A stretch of DNA of 64,000 nucleotides, taken from the UHGV virus genome UHGV-1372970, one strand, 5' to 3'. The notes beneath the pieces are model-generated. The model was given only the letters and a program-made list of their open reading frames with translations. It did not search any database and was not told the DNA's origin. The position numbers and the translations under genes were made by a program. Below are positions 26,402 to 36,600 of the stretch, piece after piece (the stretch's first letter is position 1; the number at the start of each line of letters is the position of its first letter). Origin of the DNA: a virus.

Positions 26402-26607
26402 TTTTCAAGATTTTTAGATAGAAGATAAACGATCGTCTTGTGATTCTGTCGCCAGACGTCGTAATCTCATGCCCTGTGAATAAAAAAACACCGTTATTTT
26501 TTAACTTAATCTTGTAGCAATTGTGCTGAAGTGAGAGCCTATTTTTCGTGATTAATCTCTTTTTATATCCGTGGCTACAGAATAAATAAAAAGAAGAGGA
26601 TTAGTCG

Positions 26608-26636
26608 GAAAGAGGCTCGATATTGTCGAGCCTCTT
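26608..26636. terminator. 12-bp perfect-stem hairpin; terminator-like, orientation ambiguous
   Basis: AAAGAGGCTCGA-tattg-TCGAGCCTCTTT. Confidence 0.4.
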
Positions 26637-26640
26637 TGGT

Positions 26641-26886
26641 TTAGATGATTGAGGTGAAAGCCGCCAACTCAGTGTATCCGCCAATCGGCTCACCGTCGAC
26701 GAAGATTTGCGGGACTGTTCGCACTGGCTTTCCTACAAGCTCTCCCAGCGCTGTTGCATCGATACCAGAAGCAACAATGTCGATATACTCATAATCGCCA
26801 TGTCCCTGTGATTTCAACTGCTTAGAAAGCTCAACAGCACGTTTGCAGAAAGAACAATTATCCTTTCCATAGATGGTAATTTTCAC
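26641..26886 (-). CDS. glutaredoxin / NrdH-like redoxin
   Basis: MKITIYGKDNCSFCKRA, CxxC in a thioredoxin fold. 81 aa. Confidence 0.75.
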   Translation of the reverse strand: MKITIYGKDNCSFCKRAVELSKQLKSQGHGDYEYIDIVASGIDATALGELVGKPVRTVPQIFVDGEPIGGYTELAAFTSII

Positions 26887-26895
26887 TTTAATCCC

Positions 26896-27237
26896 TTAAA
26901 AAGTGGTTGGTTTCGCGATGCTGCGGATCACGGCCATAAAGCCTTTCTGCAGGTCGGTTTTGCCGATGGCCAGCCAACGCTTGTCCGGCACCTGGAGATT
27001 GGATTGGGCAAACTCAGCGGCTCCCAGCTTCGCGACAAACTCGCCCACTTTCTGCGACAGCTCCTTGCCCTCGTTCATTAGCGCGATCTCTCCGGCCGAC
27101 AGATCGCGATAGCCTTTGATTTTGGTGTGCTGGTCTTTCACTGGCGTGTCTCCTGAGAGACTTTTCGATGTGACATCAGTGATACTTTCATTTTGATTCC
27201 CTTCAAAATTAGTGATTGAATGCAAAAGATACCCCAT
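26896..27237 (-). CDS. hypothetical protein
   Basis: ORF only. Confidence 0.45.
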   Translation of the reverse strand: MGYLLHSITNFEGNQNESITDVTSKSLSGDTPVKDQHTKIKGYRDLSAGEIALMNEGKELSQKVGEFVAKLGAAEFAQSNLQVPDKRWLAIGKTDLQKGFMAVIRSIAKPTTF

Positions 27238-27307
27238 ATAAATAAGTAAATCACTACTTATTTTAATTTCAATGCTATCTGTTATCTTTGTAAGATTTAT
27301 ATTTTAA

Positions 27308-27360
27308 AAGCAGCACAAAAAAATATAATTACCCCCGTTAGAATATACTCTAACGGGGGA
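27308..27360 (-). terminator. Rho-independent terminator after the HNH gene
   Basis: Stem CCCCCGTTA/TAACGGGGG, then on the minus strand TAATTATATTTTTTTG. A G8-9 homopolymer abuts it. Confidence 0.6.
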
Positions 27361-27368
27361 GGGGGGGG

Positions 27369-28181
27369 TTAAGAGCGTGATCTTATTTCAAGAAGTGACA
27401 TCGCTGATTTTTTGACATTAAGTGCAAGCATTCTTGTTTGCTCAATTACGTCATAGAAGTGATCCACGCGCTCTGGGGATCTTATTCTTATCGCATTGAT
27501 ATCTATATAATCGTAAAACACTTCACCTCCAGCTGATTGCTGGCCGAAGTGCCTCCAAAACTTTTCAATATCAACAATGAGTTGCAATCTCAATCCTTCC
27601 AGCGTTACATCGTTGAAAGAGTATGCTGGATCACCGTGCCTGCTATACAAAGCATCTAGGGGCGCAAGAACACTATTACGCACTCGTGCTCTGAAAAGTT
27701 CGTTTTCTAAAGCCTGCAAAGCCTGATAGTTGAAAATGTCGGTTATATATTCAAGCAATTTTTTGTCACGTTCAGAGTAAGTCTGAATGCCGCTTTGAGA
27801 AAGTTTTTGTAATTCAGATTGGTAGCTTTCCGCAAGCCCCTTCCAAACTTTCAATTGCTCAGTAGTGTATGTTGAGCTATCAGCATCAATTAGACGACCA
27901 TGATATTGGCAACACCAAATACCATTATCAATAGAACTCCTTTCATCAGCCGTCAGGTTTTTGTCATACCTAGGCCCGCCTGGTGCGGCAGCTGTGATAT
28001 GTGCTGCGACCCCGGTATTCACTCTTCTCGATGAATCGCTGAGATCAGGGCCTGTAGTTACCTGGTTGCATCCAGGATATGAGCATCTTGAACCAACTCT
28101 ATCAGCTAAACGCTGTTTTATTTTAGATGAGAAATCATCTCTAGTTGTCATAACATCCTCGATTATTTTGTTAATTAACAA
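27369..28181 (-). CDS. HNH-family endonuclease-like protein
   Basis: CSYPGC...AHI...N...WCCQYH pattern. Confidence 0.5.
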   Translation of the reverse strand: MLINKIIEDVMTTRDDFSSKIKQRLADRVGSRCSYPGCNQVTTGPDLSDSSRRVNTGVAAHITAAAPGGPRYDKNLTADERSSIDNGIWCCQYHGRLIDADSSTYTTEQLKVWKGLAESYQSELQKLSQSGIQTYSERDKKLLEYITDIFNYQALQALENELFRARVRNSVLAPLDALYSRHGDPAYSFNDVTLEGLRLQLIVDIEKFWRHFGQQSAGGEVFYDYIDINAIRIRSPERVDHFYDVIEQTRMLALNVKKSAMSLLEIRSRS

Positions 28182-28266
28182 GCAGATTCTATACGTTTCT
28201 CTTACTAGGCAAAATAAAAAAAGGAGCCTTATGGCTCCTTTTGATATGGTATTGCGGTGATAATGC

Positions 28267-28878
28267 TTAGTTCTTACCGGCGTTTACCACGACGCCCTGA
28301 CGGCCAGCATCAGCACGGGCAATTTCCAGACGGGTATTGCGCTCTGCGGTAATCTGGTCACGCAGCTCAGTAACCTGTGCTTCAAGGTCGCTGATACGTT
28401 GGTTTTTAGCGGTTGCCTGGGCTTTATGCTCTGCCAGTTCAACCTTGTGCTGGGACAGCAGATCGCGGTTTTCAGCGCTGTACTTAGAAGCCGCAGCCTG
28501 GTAGCCAGCTTCACGTGCTTCGGATACTGCGAAGTCGTTGTCAGTCTTGGCCGCAACCAGGTCAGAGTTCAATGCATCCAGCTCAACGTGAGTGATAACC
28601 GCATAACCGCGAGAACGCATCAGCTCAGCAAGCACCTTATCTTCATTTTCGATAACGCGCAAACGCAGCTGGGCCTTTTCTTCACGCTCGGTTGCTGCGA
28701 TCTGGTTATTGATATCAGCCAGCTGACCCTGCTTAAATTCGATTTCTTCAGTCAGTAAAACAGTGGACTGAGACAGAGACGCCAGTTCAGAAAACAGCTT
28801 CTGGCCGTCAGCTACAACTTTAACAAGCGCTTTAGTGGAACGTTCGGCTACGGTAATTACTTTTTTGACTTCAGACAT
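28267..28878 (-). CDS. coiled-coil protein (PspA/IM30-like?)
   Basis: Heptad-rich sequence of 203 aa. Confidence 0.4.
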   Translation of the reverse strand: MSEVKKVITVAERSTKALVKVVADGQKLFSELASLSQSTVLLTEEIEFKQGQLADINNQIAATEREEKAQLRLRVIENEDKVLAELMRSRGYAVITHVELDALNSDLVAAKTDNDFAVSEAREAGYQAAASKYSAENRDLLSQHKVELAEHKAQATAKNQRISDLEAQVTELRDQITAERNTRLEIARADAGRQGVVVNAGKN

Positions 28879-29078
28879 GTGTTTTCTCTTTGTAGTTTAT
28901 TTGTATGGTTCGCAGCGTTACTTTTCTGGCCGCACAGCCTGAATTTCACGCCACTTGCACTTTACGTTAGTGCCAGACGAGGCTTGTGGCTCGGGCCTAA
29001 TGGCTGTTTATGCGGTTGATGGCCGCACCATTTTGACCTCGACACTAAGAGATGTATGGAATCACACTTTCTTAGATT

Positions 29079-29147
29079 TGGCGCCCGTCACAGGATTCGA
29101 ACCTATGATTAACAGCTGGCTTCAACGCGTCTCCACCAACTGCGAGC
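29079..29147 (-). ncRNA. tRNA-like remnant: T arm (GGTTCGAATCC), acceptor and CCA, and a CUGUUAA Asn-like anticodon loop, but the 3' anticodon stem and variable loop are missing (66 nt)
   Basis: Manual cloverleaf folding fails at the anticodon arm. Two mismatches at the base of the acceptor stem. Confidence 0.35.
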
Positions 29148-29244
29148 AAACTAAGGGAAAACCTCCCAAAGACGGTCCTTTGCGCTAAGGTGTCTTCTCT
29201 GCTCACGGGCCAATCTGAAAGACTCTCACAAAAGCCCTTTAGAT

Positions 29245-29326
29245 TGGCGCGAACAAGTGGACTCGAACCACTCTCTACCGACTCAGGCGCCTTCCTCGGT
29301 CGCAGTCACCTAACTGCTTTGTTCGC
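29245..29326 (-). ncRNA. tRNA-like element: perfect 7-bp acceptor, D arm with GG, T arm AGTGG-TTCGAGT-CCACT, encoded CCA; the anticodon arm has a 5-bp stem and a 14-nt loop
   Basis: Folded by hand. U8 and A14 are not conserved. It lies in a 1.1-kb region with no confident CDS. Confidence 0.4.
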
Positions 29327-30026
29327 TTGCACCTCTTTTATCGTAAAGAGGAAACGGATTGAGCCTGTCATCAAACAGCGGAGGCATGTCTGATGGTCTG
29401 GAGGTGAGATCGGAGGCTCCCATGTATGAAACCTCTTTCCTTAGACAAACATCTCAATCTGCCGGTGTTATCACGCCACCTCCGGCTGGGCTTATGGTCA
29501 ACATATCAAGTCGTTGAAGAAGACTGTCAATGGCAGAAGAAAGTCCGATCGTAAGCACGCACTTTCTCAAAGTCCTCTGCTCAACTTTGAGAAAGGCGCT
29601 GCGTCGCAATTTCAAATTAACCCAAGTTGAAATGAGACATAAAGTAATCACACACGACGCAGCTGTTTGGGCGGTCAGTCACGGACTGAAACCGGGACAT
29701 GGTTGGTGGAATGTGTCTAACCACCCAAACAGCTAAAACGTGCGCAGAGACTCACCGTCTGACTCTATCGATGGTTACGGGCTAGTGGGTCAGTATCGCC
29801 GGTTCACCAGTAAGTCTCTGCTATCCATTCGTAATCACACCGGATCAGTGCGCCGAATTTGATAATGAGGAATCGGAAGACCTCACTGATTTATAGGCTG
29901 TTAAGCCGCCATCAGAACTACATTGTCGTTTGCATTTACTTTTATGGTCAGTTTCTTAAAGGCCGCAAAATCGCTTAACGTCGAAAACGAGTTAATCTTA
30001 TTGATTCCTTATAGATAAGTAAACAC

Positions 30027-30278
30027 TTATTTATCTTTATCCGTATTTTTTTTAACAATGATAACGTAACCATTTGTTTTTACAGTATAGTTTCTATTAT
30101 CTTCAATGCTGCCCCAGCGCAGCGCAGTTAAGCTGATCAAGCTCGATACCGTTTTCTCCAGCTTCGCATCAGTGGCAACGAACTTCGCAACAAAGACATC
30201 GATGCTATACCCAACAATCTTCGTGACGGTGTAGAAGATGCAGACCAGCGAGATGATGGCAACTATGTAGTCGGTCAT
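30027..30278 (-). CDS. small membrane protein
   Basis: Hydrophobic N-terminus. Confidence 0.4.
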   Translation of the reverse strand: MTDYIVAIISLVCIFYTVTKIVGYSIDVFVAKFVATDAKLEKTVSSLISLTALRWGSIEDNRNYTVKTNGYVIIVKKNTDKDK

Positions 30279-30432
30279 TTTTTTACGTTCCTTACATCCG
30301 TTGAGTGAACTACCCGGTATACACGTCGACCGAGTCGGACAACGCCTGTTTTGATTTCCTGCTTAATCAAGTCATGGGCTATGGTAGCGCCGGCAATGAA
30401 GCCGGCGATAGCACCCATCAAAATGTATGGGA

Positions 30433-30648
30433 TCAATTAAAAGCCCCTGCAATGATAAGTTCAGATAGAACAGTTTTTCCCTTGTCCGTCAGTTTAAAAT
30501 TCTTTTGCTGACCTTCATCAGCTACGTTTTCAACGAACCCCATTCGCTCCAGCTTTGCGCGAGTCATCGGGCGCCAGTGTTCGTAGAACGCCTCCCACTG
30601 GTTTATTTCGCGCAGCGTGTCACGCTCTCGCTTGGTCAACTTGATCAT
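30433..30648 (-). CDS. hypothetical protein
   Basis: ORF. 4-nt overlap with the ligase gene. Confidence 0.45.
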   Translation of the reverse strand: MIKLTKRERDTLREINQWEAFYEHWRPMTRAKLERMGFVENVADEGQQKNFKLTDKGKTVLSELIIAGAFN

Positions 30649-31973
30649 TCCTTGTCTCCAATTCGGCTTTCCGTATCACGAAGACAAGACGGCCATTTCA
30701 GACGAGGGTGGCGCAGACTGCCGTCTGGCGTGTATTCGTGGAAGTTAACCTTCACAATACGCCCCATATATTTGTCCTGATTCAGCCAGATCTCATCGAG
30801 ATACCGGTGCTTTAGACCTGACGCACGAACCTCAGTCCCATCCTCCAGACGAACAACGATTTTGCCAAGAGTATGTGCGAAGCCAGCATCCGGGTCGCCA
30901 GGCAAGAATCCGACGATCTCACCATCAGCCTCATTCTCATCCTTCATCTTCCACCAGCTTTTGGTTCGCTTAAATTCATAGACAGAGAACGGGTCTTTGC
31001 CCATGAAGCCCTCTTCGTTGTCGTCCAGAGCTTGCATGAAGAGGTCGATGAACTCTTTATGACTATGCACCAGCTGAAACGGATGCAGACGCACGTCGTT
31101 TTTATACTCGTTGTCCGGGCGGCACTTCCAGTTAGTCCAGCTGCACAAATCGATATGGCGATCTTTGAGCTTGCGACCAGTCTTTTTGTAATCCTTCGTT
31201 TTAGCGATCGCCTTCCATTCTGGCAGGAAGTAATCGAAGATATGGAACACCGCGCCGACTGCCTTCACGTTCTTCTTGCGCAGCGCTGACACAGAAGCAT
31301 TAAACGAGCCTGCAGTCGCTTCACCGTCGAAGAAGATGTGCTTGTGAGGTGTTCGACGCGCGAGATCCAATACTGCTGGCTTCAGGTGGTCAAGCGACGT
31401 TATAGGGTTGCCGGTTCTGGACAGGAAGTTAACCTCTTCCTCGTCGACAATCACTTCCGCAATGACGCGCATACCGTCCAGCTTGAGACTGGCAATCATC
31501 GGGAACTTGGCTTTCGGGTTTTCCTTGAACGGGTACTTGTCGCCTTTCTCTTTGTACGACGTCGCCAGCTGCACCTCGAACACCGGTATCGGGTTTTCGA
31601 AAATTTTATTACACAGGCTGATTCCGATGCCGGCTTTCGGATCTTTAAGCAGGAAGCGGCGGAATACGTCTTGCCCCTCTTCCGTCATATCTGAAATTGC
31701 TTGCTCTACCACCGCAATCGCGCTGCCACCGGTAAGCTGACGACAGGCCAAAGAGTTCAGGATCTGAATAGCGTCTTCGTCAGCAATTTTGTTCTCAAGC
31801 GCTGGCTCTACGACGCTGTATTTCTTCACCCCGAATCGGATGAATGGGTTAAGCATCATTGACACCATGCTTTGCTCGAACGAGTCCAGCTCAGCAAGGG
31901 CTGCTTTCTTGGCGTTGGTTCCCATCTCTTTGATGGCGTCCAGTTTTCCACGCAGGGCAATCAGCTTCTCCAT
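30645..31973 (-). CDS. ATP-dependent DNA ligase
   Basis: KLDGMR (motif I), FFDGEAT (III), EGFMGKD (V), WWKMK (VI). Confidence 0.8.
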   Translation of the reverse strand: MEKLIALRGKLDAIKEMGTNAKKAALAELDSFEQSMVSMMLNPFIRFGVKKYSVVEPALENKIADEDAIQILNSLACRQLTGGSAIAVVEQAISDMTEEGQDVFRRFLLKDPKAGIGISLCNKIFENPIPVFEVQLATSYKEKGDKYPFKENPKAKFPMIASLKLDGMRVIAEVIVDEEEVNFLSRTGNPITSLDHLKPAVLDLARRTPHKHIFFDGEATAGSFNASVSALRKKNVKAVGAVFHIFDYFLPEWKAIAKTKDYKKTGRKLKDRHIDLCSWTNWKCRPDNEYKNDVRLHPFQLVHSHKEFIDLFMQALDDNEEGFMGKDPFSVYEFKRTKSWWKMKDENEADGEIVGFLPGDPDAGFAHTLGKIVVRLEDGTEVRASGLKHRYLDEIWLNQDKYMGRIVKVNFHEYTPDGSLRHPRLKWPSCLRDTESRIGDKE

Positions 31974-32437
31974 TATCGAACACCCTCAGAAACAACTACC
32001 GGCGCGTGCTGGGAGTCGAGGATCTCATCAGACTCAGGCGCAATTGGCATCGGGTCGGAAACCGGAATGAATTTCTGGATGAACTCTTCGACAGGTCGAG
32101 CAAATACTTCACCAGTCTCTGAGTTGCGATAGACCACAACACGCTCAAACCCCTTTTTGGTAGTGCGCTCATTGGCTACACAGATCATGTCGTAGCGTAT
32201 GCCGGTGTGATGCTGCCAGTTGATAGTGAAGTCAATCACCGGACGGAACACGAGGTCCACTTCAGCTTGATAGCGGTCAAACCAAATCGTTTTATGACCT
32301 TCTTCAATGACATCCACACCCATCGCTACGCCTTCGTCTGAGATAGCCTTAATGGAGCAATTCACCCACTGAGGGTTGTCAGACGCATTGTGAATAAACT
32401 GGCAGCGCATACCTGCGTGTAGCTCTAAATAGTTCAT
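31973..32437 (-). CDS. hypothetical protein
   Basis: ORF. Conserved RBS context. Confidence 0.5.
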   Translation of the reverse strand: MNYLELHAGMRCQFIHNASDNPQWVNCSIKAISDEGVAMGVDVIEEGHKTIWFDRYQAEVDLVFRPVIDFTINWQHHTGIRYDMICVANERTTKKGFERVVVYRNSETGEVFARPVEEFIQKFIPVSDPMPIAPESDEILDSQHAPVVVSEGVR

Positions 32438-32889
32438 GTGTTTTCCTTTGTTTTGTTTACTTCTGCATTAACCGCTTCGGCGTAAATGTCGACGAGGACG
32501 GTGGGTTTCTTCGTTTCAGTTTTTGGCAAGAGTCTGGTTCCAAAAGAGGCGTTACGTTGATGACGCTCTGCGCTTTTCGAAGAAAATCTCTCGATCTCAT
32601 CTCTCACTTTACGCATCTCTTCGAGGCCATTGATGTAGTAAATCCGCTCCCCTGACTTCACTTCTTCAAGCATCATTTTGACTGCCTGGCATTTGCCAGC
32701 ACGGATGGCCGCGGCACAGTCTGCGAATGAGCCTGGCGGCAGTCGTTTCTCTTTAAACGCCAGAACAGTGTGCTGGCATACTGAGTAAGAGACGCGAGCC
32801 GCGCTCTTACTAACGCGCACTTCTTCGCATGACATTGAATAGCTGTTACTGCCGCCGATAGACGGGAATTTACTGAAATCAGTTTTCAT
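32434..32889 (-). CDS. hypothetical protein
   Basis: ORF. Confidence 0.5.
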   Translation of the reverse strand: MKTDFSKFPSIGGSNSYSMSCEEVRVSKSAARVSYSVCQHTVLAFKEKRLPPGSFADCAAAIRAGKCQAVKMMLEEVKSGERIYYINGLEEMRKVRDEIERFSSKSAERHQRNASFGTRLLPKTETKKPTVLVDIYAEAVNAEVNKTKENT

Positions 32890-32975
32890 GGCGTTTCTTA
32901 TAGTAAATGTTTACTTATTATTGCGCCAGTTTAAAGCTCTGGCGCAGGCATGAAAGTTTTTTTTAGCGGGAGTTG

Positions 32976-33885
32976 TTACCAGGAACCCCAGAGAGGGTTT
33001 TTTGCGATGAGGGCGTTGACCTCTGCGTTTCTAATGGCTTCACGGACGTGAGCAAGGGCATAGCTCTTACCTTCCGCAATCGCAGAAGATTTATTGTAAC
33101 CTTGGCGTGTGATGATATTGCTCGGCTTCGTAAAAAGACCACCGAAGCTCTTGGACACTGCCTTAACAGCTTCCAGCTCGACCATGTCGCCATCGACTTC
33201 CCACAGTAGCTGCCGGTCGATGCTTTCGTTGAAACGCGTCTTCGCTGAAGCACTATTATTGGCGAATATCAAATCGACAATCCCAGGTGGCGAATTGAGA
33301 CTGAATGACCGTGAGTAAGTTGGGGCCTCGAACACGCTCATTGTCGATGCGGTTGTGGCTTTTAATTCTTCGTCACTAACGACAGGCGGTATTTCAGGCA
33401 TCACAGCCACGACTCTCGTCAGCGACATTTCCACCGACCGAAGAATCTCTGCATGGTCTGGTGATGACAGCGCACTAGATACGCTCATGAATTTTGCGAA
33501 GTTCTTTACCGCGTTGCTGCCCACGTATTGCTCATAATCTTCTGCCTTAATCATCACTGATCGCTCATAGACAGAGATTGCTGGTCGTGGTCTGCTCATC
33601 AGAAATACGCCCTGATACACCTTCGCCTTGAGATAGTCCTCGGACACGTCGGACAAATCGACGATCACATAAATCTCAAAATTGCGGTCGATAGTAACGG
33701 TCGATGAAACGTAAATCCACGGCTCGTCTTTCGTCGCGATGGTTACGGGCATTTTGAGGTCGATGCGCTTTGCACCTTCCTCACACGCCTTTTGGATTAT
33801 CTTCTCGATGTCCTGACCGTTAAATACATCCCCCGCATCAGCTACCGCCTTTCTGACAGCATCATCAATGCTCTTGATTAACATG
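32976..33885 (-). CDS. hypothetical protein (start MLIKSID at 33885 after CATGTGCTCTCC)
   Basis: The longer N-terminus in the ORF track lacks an RBS. Confidence 0.5.
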
Positions 33886-33949
33886 TGCTCTCCTTTGTTT
33901 TTTGTGGATCTTATACAAAATAATAAGTAAATGCTTATCTTTTTGTCGG

Positions 33950-35065
33950 TCAAAGCAGTGCTTTAATCCCGTGGAGTTTCGCCATCATTTCGAGCATTTT
34001 GGTGTATGGCTTCGCTCGATAGTACGCTTTGAGAACCTGCTCAACCGTTGCGTCGCCTGGGTCCAGTCCTTCCTCCCCAAGACACGCGATCTTCACCCGC
34101 AATCCGATACCAACCAATCGCCTGGCTGCTCCGAATGTGTTGTGTATTGCCTGCTTCTCGGAGTCCCACATCATGACGACGGTTTCAAGCCCCTGCTGCT
34201 TCAGCTTGAGGAATGCACCCAGCTGATCGTCAGCATCCCCATCGAGCGTGCCGGATAAGTGCATACCGAACGTTCCTACCGGCTCTACAAACTCTCTCAG
34301 CGTCTCTTCCTCAAAAAGCGCACGCTTGATACCCATAACGTCGAAAGCCCCCTCAGAAACGATTACAGTGCGTTTCCCGATGGCGTTGTGTCCGTTGTAG
34401 AGGAACTTGCCCGATGCTGGTAGCGATATTGGGAAGAGATAGCGTCGATCTGACTCGCCAGTGATGTCACGTCCCTGGTACGTGCGCATCTTCCCGTCCA
34501 GATCATAAATTGGTATCAGGATACGCATATCGAAGGATTGAATGTGCGGCCGGCCATTACGTTCATCGAGATAGACGTGTGTGCCTTCCACGCAGTATCG
34601 CAGGTCAAAATAGCTGGCCAACTCCGGGGAAATGACACGCTCAACGAGGTATGTGGGTAACTGGCCTTCGATTGGCAGCTGGTAATGCGGCGGAAGGATT
34701 ACTTCAGAAGTCAGTTCGACATCGGACTTCAGCTCGACCTCTTCCTCTTTCGGGCGCCAGCCCTGCTGCATCAGCTCGTTCCGAATGTAACGCTCAACGC
34801 CGCGCCACGTTTCGCCGGTGTGGTATTTGATAAAGCTCAGCTTGTTAAACTGGACTTCCTCGGGATGATCACCCGCGAAGCACTTTCCCAGACCGGTTGT
34901 CAGATTGAAGTAAACCTTCCACTTACTGCTTTTACAGCATGGGCATTCACGGATGTTAACTTCCCGGCCTTTGGCTGTCCTTGAGCCACGTCGATATGAG
35001 ATGCCTTCAGTATCAAGCCACTGCTCAAAGTCGAACTCTTCTAATAGCTCTTTTAAATCTGACAT
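33950..35065 (-). CDS. dnaG: DNA primase (zinc ribbon, RNA-polymerase domain, TOPRIM)
   Basis: CPCCKS...C..GDH zinc finger. TOPRIM VIVSEGAFDVMG. Confidence 0.75.
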   Translation of the reverse strand: MSDLKELLEEFDFEQWLDTEGISYRRGSRTAKGREVNIRECPCCKSSKWKVYFNLTTGLGKCFAGDHPEEVQFNKLSFIKYHTGETWRGVERYIRNELMQQGWRPKEEEVELKSDVELTSEVILPPHYQLPIEGQLPTYLVERVISPELASYFDLRYCVEGTHVYLDERNGRPHIQSFDMRILIPIYDLDGKMRTYQGRDITGESDRRYLFPISLPASGKFLYNGHNAIGKRTVIVSEGAFDVMGIKRALFEEETLREFVEPVGTFGMHLSGTLDGDADDQLGAFLKLKQQGLETVVMMWDSEKQAIHNTFGAARRLVGIGLRVKIACLGEEGLDPGDATVEQVLKAYYRAKPYTKMLEMMAKLHGIKALL

Positions 35066-35200
35066 GTGATAAACCTTGCATTTGACCGGCCATCAATTAA
35101 TATGGCCGTACATGTGTTTTCTTTTGTTGTTTTAACAACAAAGAAAACTTGAATTTCTGATTTGAAATTAAGGCGGTCCGTTTTGGAACGCCTTTATTTT

Positions 35201-36562
35201 TTAAAGCACGTCAATAATCCGCTTGATAAACCGCATCTGCTCCAGATCCTGAAGAACCCGTAGACTTATCCCGCCTTTCTGGTTACGTGAACCAGCAAAG
35301 AACAAACGAGCTTCGCCTTTAGCCTCTTCCTCTTCGGTTTTGTTGATAGAGATAATCAGGTCACAGATACGCACTTTCTCGATGTTATCCGCGGCGTGCA
35401 TCATCGTTGCTACTTCCGCCGCACCACCTTCGCGGTTGGTCTGGGATGCTGTCATACCGGCTACATCGTGCTTATCCATAACAGCACGCAAATCGGTATA
35501 GATGTCCTTCACATCAGTCCGAGGGTCTTTAGTCGGTGTAGTGGCTCGCATCAGGTCGGCGTAATCGACGATGACCATGTCTGGTATCATGCCGTTTGCT
35601 TTCATGTTGTTTAACAGGCGATCCAGGTCTGCAGGTGAGAATGTGTTGGCGCGACGCTCAACAATCCACATATCACCAATTTTTCCATCAGCACCAACGG
35701 CACGCAGCTTTTCCGCAATGTCATCACGACGCTCGATCAGCTTTGACATTTCCGTTTCAGAGATACGGGCGTCCCAGCGATCTGAAAGGATGTCTTTATG
35801 TACCTCCAGTGAGACATACAGGACGTTATGACCTTTCAGCGTGGCATTGATGCCGAACTCACCCATGGCCGTCGATTTACCAGACTTCGCGAAGCCCATA
35901 AACAGCACCAGCTCTTTACGCCCCCAGCCTTTCTGGTGGAGCATTTTATCCAGCAATGGGATGCCGGTTGTGATGCTATTCGGGATGTAGTCGTCTGACG
36001 CTTCATACTCACGACGCTCGTGACGTTCACCTGAGCGCTCATAGAAGCTGTAAACATCATCCATATCGGACGCGCCAACCAGATCCACCTTCTGCATGAC
36101 CTGCATCGCTCGTTCGAACTCGCCTTTCTCCTTCAGCTCTGCTGCCTTGATAAACGCATCATCGAAAGCAACCGAACGCGCGAATGTCACAACACGGTCA
36201 ATCATATAGCCTGTGTCTTCCAGCTTTTCGCCAAGGATTCGCTTTATCGCATCGACGATTTCAGGCACGAACTCTTCCCGGATTTTCCCGCGCTTTTTCG
36301 CTTCCTTAATCATGTCGATGATGTACTCCTTCGACGGCGAACTTTTGTACGAACGGAAATAGCCGGCGACGACGTTAACCAGATACCCGTTTGCTTTGTT
36401 GGAGAATTGCTCAGGCAGGACGAGATCCCCGGCACGCATCAGGAACTCTCTGTCGCGGCAGTAGTACGCAGCCAGGCGGTCTTCAAACCCAGCGTCGAAC
36501 TCTTCAGAAAGCGCTCGACCTGTGTGGACAGGAGTTTCAAGCGCTGAAGAGGTAGTGGTCAT
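35201..36562 (-). CDS. dnaB: DnaB-like replicative helicase
   Basis: GFAKSGKST Walker A. IVDYADLM Walker B. RecA-like C-terminal domain. Confidence 0.8.
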   Translation of the reverse strand: MTTTSSALETPVHTGRALSEEFDAGFEDRLAAYYCRDREFLMRAGDLVLPEQFSNKANGYLVNVVAGYFRSYKSSPSKEYIIDMIKEAKKRGKIREEFVPEIVDAIKRILGEKLEDTGYMIDRVVTFARSVAFDDAFIKAAELKEKGEFERAMQVMQKVDLVGASDMDDVYSFYERSGERHERREYEASDDYIPNSITTGIPLLDKMLHQKGWGRKELVLFMGFAKSGKSTAMGEFGINATLKGHNVLYVSLEVHKDILSDRWDARISETEMSKLIERRDDIAEKLRAVGADGKIGDMWIVERRANTFSPADLDRLLNNMKANGMIPDMVIVDYADLMRATTPTKDPRTDVKDIYTDLRAVMDKHDVAGMTASQTNREGGAAEVATMMHAADNIEKVRICDLIISINKTEEEEAKGEARLFFAGSRNQKGGISLRVLQDLEQMRFIKRIIDVL

Positions 36563-36600
36563 GTGCTTTCCTTATTGTTTTAAACAACTTGTTTTCTAAA

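Noticed and set aside
27355-27368. G5AG8 homopolymer as a phase-variation tract.
   Set aside because: It lies just outside the HNH CDS (after its stop) and forms part of the terminator stem region, so it is more likely structural than a translational switch.
29079-29147. Considered the tRNA-like remnant as an attP core.
   Set aside because: The recombinase is 5 kb away. The fragment lacks an intact contiguous tRNA 3' half (anticodon 3' stem and variable loop missing), so it would not reconstitute a tRNA after integration.
29530-29700. RNase P RNA-like strings GAAAGTCCG and GAAACCGGG.
   Set aside because: Spacing is about 150 nt versus about 300 nt between the P4 strands in RNase P RNA, other conserved regions are absent, and the region is too short.
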